A stretch of DNA of 64,000 nt from Tubiluchus corallicola (taxonomy: Eukaryota; Animalia; Priapulida): the NCBI GenBank assembly GCA_030141605.1, contig JAQGDQ010000023.1, positions 806,001 to 870,000 of the forward strand. Reading direction: 5' to 3'. Under the pieces are notes generated by a model that made no database searches, was not told the DNA's origin, and was given only the letters and a program-made list of their open reading frames with translations. Shown here piece after piece: positions 40,481-64,000 of this stretch (positions are counted from its first letter, which is position 1; every line of letters begins with the position of its first letter). A program made the translations under genes and the position numbers.

Positions 40481-40689
40481 AGGGAAAAGAAGACAAATTG
40501 TTTAAAACATCAACAAGGACCGGATGGCAGTCCTTGGCTTGGACCAAAAAGAAGAAAGATATATGAATAATACGGCGAATGCTCCTGAAATAAATAAAAA
40601 ATCTTTTTGAAACTAAGAAGAGGGTAGCTTTTTATTCATGTAGTAAAGACGGTAAGTTTCAGGAGATCACTCTTATATTCTAAGAAGAA

Positions 40690-41130
40690 AGATAATTCCT
40701 ACATTTATTAACCGCAGACGAGCGTTTCGACTTAGCAAGTCATTTTCAAATATAAAGGAAACCAAAAAGAATAATTAGCACATTTGATACTGCAGTATTA
40801 AGACATACAATATACCGTTACAAAAACAAAGAATAGAATTTAAATAGTTAGAACACACGTGGATATAACTAGAAAGAATTTCAAAAGAAATGTAAGAAGT
40901 GAGTTGGTCAGACGGTAAATTTTTACATTCCTTTTGAATGTCTTTCTAGTTATATCAACTTTTATTCTGACAATTTGCATTCTATTCTTTGATTATGTAA
41001 TGACATATTATGGGCTTAAATATTCCAGTATCAAATGTACTGATTAAAAGTTTTTGGTTTAATTTATGGCATCGATAATGACTGCTAAGTCGAAACGACT
41101 GTATGCGCTTAATAAACATGTTGGCTCTTT
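40690..41130. mobile_element. Long imperfect palindrome (about 200-bp arms) with a minimal hammerhead-like motif in each arm; Penelope-like pseudo-LTR remnant
   Basis: Arms about 40690-40900 and 40921-41130 are inverted copies (shared blocks CGTTTCGACTTAGCA, ACATTTGATACTG, AAAGAATAGAAT, GATATAACTAGAAAGA). Each carries GA.AATGAC-loop-GTCGAAAC-N4-GT(C/A) followed by AATAAA. Confidence 0.65.
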
Positions 41131-42246
41131 CATGTACATAATTAACTGTGACAACGTTTATAGGGTTTAACAAACAACAAAATTCAAGCAGTACTAAAAA
41201 CAAAAAAGCAAATGAGTACACAAAAACATCATTTCTACAAAATGTGCAATTATATAACTTAATATTTTACTATGCTTTAGCATCGTACCATTTAAATATA
41301 CAATTAGTACTTCACGACCTAAAGTAGTAATAATGTTCGTAACGTTAGAATCATACTGGAAGGCTTCACGGCAGAATGACCAACAAGTTTGGTGATTATA
41401 GATTGGTGCGTTGTGATTTTATTGCTCGTACTCGGTTTAACTGTTAGTGCTCAAAAGCAGAATGACGCATTAAACAAAAGGTTTCACTGCGCGCAAATAA
41501 AATGCAAGCTTTTAGAATTATTTATGAACATACACTTCAGTAGCTTTACTGCATGTCACGCATGCAAAAATATTGACAAGATTTTTCAGGCTTTGCTTTG
41601 AGTCATTTTAATGAACGCTTAATAAACACAGCTTTGTTGCTACTTGAAAAAATTATGTCACGCAAAATTTCTGGTGCATTGATTAGTGGAATTTTATCTG
41701 TAATGAATTAATTTGTAATATTTTTAGCGGTCTCGCTTTTGTGACACGCATTGTGTTAAACGGCATTTTGTTTTATTTTTTAAACAAGCAAGATAAACGT
41801 ACTTCATTTATTTTAGATAAAAAAGTATTTGGCATTTTTTAATCTTGTGACCTTTTGGTTTTGAATTTGACCTTCTGAGCCAAAAAGCAGTGAGTGTTTT
41901 GGCTATCCCTGTGACAAGTTTGGTGTTAAAGATTCTTCCGATTATTCATGCTGGCATAGAGACGCAACTAAATTACCAACTGGCTATTGGTATACAGTAA
42001 CTAGATATACGACTGAGCTTCTTTGACAATAAAATTGCAATGTCTTTAGAGGCCAAGATTAGCTGAAAAGCACGCGTTACAACATCGCATTAGCTTTACA
42101 TTTCATTAACAGCATTTGAAGTTCATATTGCATTATGTCTCTGCATTGTTTTACTAGTAAATTAGTAATACTTTTTTACTATTATGTTTCAGACTAATGT
42201 GAATGTGGAAAATTTTATGGTGTAACTCAGTCACGCACACATCATA

Positions 42247-62294
<20,048 letters not shown>

Positions 62295-62376
62295 GTAAGT
62301 TCGAACTTTAGTACATCTAATTTAACCCAACTGGACCCTTACTGTAAGTCTCTACTTATAAGTCTGTGCTTCTTAA

Positions 62377-63157
62377 CTCTTAGCCGACCAAAGGGTTTTT
62401 ATATTACAATAAACACCAAGCAGGTAAACAATTACCCCGTGAAAGTTTTGCTTAATATGTTTTACTAACTGAATAAACTGACAAAATAGTAACCAAGGTG
62501 ATCCTATTAGTACAAAATCAAGTTCTGCTCAAAGTTGGTGTAGATATAGGAGGGCACAAAGGAAAAAAGTTCTACCACCACACTATATTAATTATGCTAT
62601 ATTATTTAAGCTTTGTTTTTCAAATCTTGTGAAAATTTTTATAATGCCTAACGATGTTCACTGTTTAATTCTAAGACATCCACTTCGAATTCACTTGCTG
62701 GATTTTCTAAAATTTCATCTTCATCAGCTTTAAGCTTAGTTCAACTGAAGTTCCGGCCATATTACTAAACGAAGGTCCACAAGCTTTAATATGAAATTTT
62801 CTCAACAGATCGTTAGAAAAATCTCTTTGCAGAACTGTTGGCCGAATCGGAGGTCTGCAACAGTTCTTAATTTTTAAAGTAAACACATAGTGCTGCCAGA
62901 AAGAAAAATACTGCAAAGTAAATTCCAAAATTTAATAAAAAAACCAAGGTGTAATACGTTACCCCACATTTGGTAGTATCTGGCACCCGTGTTTATAAAA
63001 AAGCATGAATAATACTTTTCAACAAAACCAAGGTATGGTTGCATAACAAATCGAAAAATACTTAATCACTGCTAGTTAGAAGTTCGTTGTGTGCATCAAT
63101 ATAAAAAATGTGAGCACTTCTGGGATAATTTTTTACCCCACCTTGGTCGGCTAAGGG
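62377..63157. mobile_element. Non-autonomous piggyBac-type element (MITE), 781 bp
   Basis: TTAA at 62373-62376 and 63158-63161; TIR C(T/C)CTTAGCCGACCAA; subterminal AACCAAGG and TTACCCC repeats; no transposase ORF. Confidence 0.85.
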
Positions 63158-63317
63158 TTAAATTGAACATAATTGTTATTTCTTAAGCTGTTTCAATCAC
63201 TGAAAAATCTTTTTGACAATTTTCAATGCTGACAATCTGACTTACTGTCTGTATATTTACGAAGTCTGTGTTAAATTCTCGCAGAAATCAAAAACTGTAA
63301 TTTTACACACATAATTT

Positions 63318-63886
63318 CAGGCTTGCCACATAGTTTTGAGATTTCACATCCATGTTCACATCCATATCGACCAATTTTGCATAGACATCCATGGATAAAT
63401 CCATATCCAACCCAAAAACGTTTATTGCCCATCCTTGCAATCATGTCCTCTGAATACCCACTAAGTACAAAAGGTTTATACTTTCTACTGGCATTAAATA
63501 TAAGAAAGCAAAGGCATAAACGTTTGTAGTTGTTGAAACCAAGCCGTGCTTTTCTCAAATGCGCAAAAGTACCATGGAGGAGGTAAAAGTCATAATAAAA
63601 TTCATTGTCAGTAGAACAAGCTTTCAGAAAACTTTAAACATAAAGTGTAACTTAAACAGTCACTGAGGCGACTTTTCGTCCAGTTCTTCAACTTCATACC
63701 TATTACATTTCGACAGTGTTCAGCTCCTCTGAGTGCTGAACAGAACATAAGCTTCTGCTTCAGCATAGAGATGACTTTGAATTTGGCTTTGCTGACGTAA
63801 GTTATTCAAAATTAGTAATATCACTATAACTTAATGTGAATCACGTACAAATATCCATGGTGGATATCATATCCTCGGCAACCTTG
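63318..63886. mobile_element. hAT-like MITE with ATATCCATGG subterminal motifs
   Basis: TIRs CAGGCTTGCC / GGCAACCTTG; repeated (C)ATATCC and CCATGGAT motifs at both ends; 8-bp flanks only partly matching (CATAATTT / TATATCTT). Confidence 0.5.
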
Positions 63887-64000
63887 TATATCTTGCCCCC
63901 TCCACTGGAGTGGCAAACGCAAACGATTTATGATCGTTTGCTAGGGCTTTTAGACACTGCCTTAAATTTTATTCATCATCATATCTTTCATCCATCTTTT

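Overview
AT-rich eukaryotic (invertebrate animal-type) genomic DNA with GT-AG introns; no prokaryotic features. I reconstructed four host genes by hand from splice sites and reading-frame phase. Two are tandem minus-strand paralogues of a small secreted single-domain von Willebrand factor type C (SVWC; Vago/La1-like) protein, one complete (4 exons, 152 aa) and one apparently running off the left edge. The third is a complete 8-coding-exon L-serine dehydratase gene (327 aa, minus strand). The fourth is a plus-strand UNC-93-like MFS gene with an 18.3 kb intron that continues past the right edge. The rest is intergenic or intronic and rich in transposon remnants: two 5'-truncated RTE LINEs with target-site duplications (one with an intact ORF), other LINE and Gypsy fragments, a THAP pseudogene, piggyBac-, Tc1/mariner- and hAT-type MITEs, tRNA-derived SINE heads, a Penelope-like palindrome with hammerhead-like motifs, a 26-bp minisatellite and several microsatellites. 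I found no clearly novel multi-gene system. The best leads are the SVWC cluster (not reported as genes by the ORF track), the repeated PKA-type motifs in the UNC-93-like N-terminus, the hammerhead-bearing palindrome, and an unidentified decayed ORF between direct repeats.
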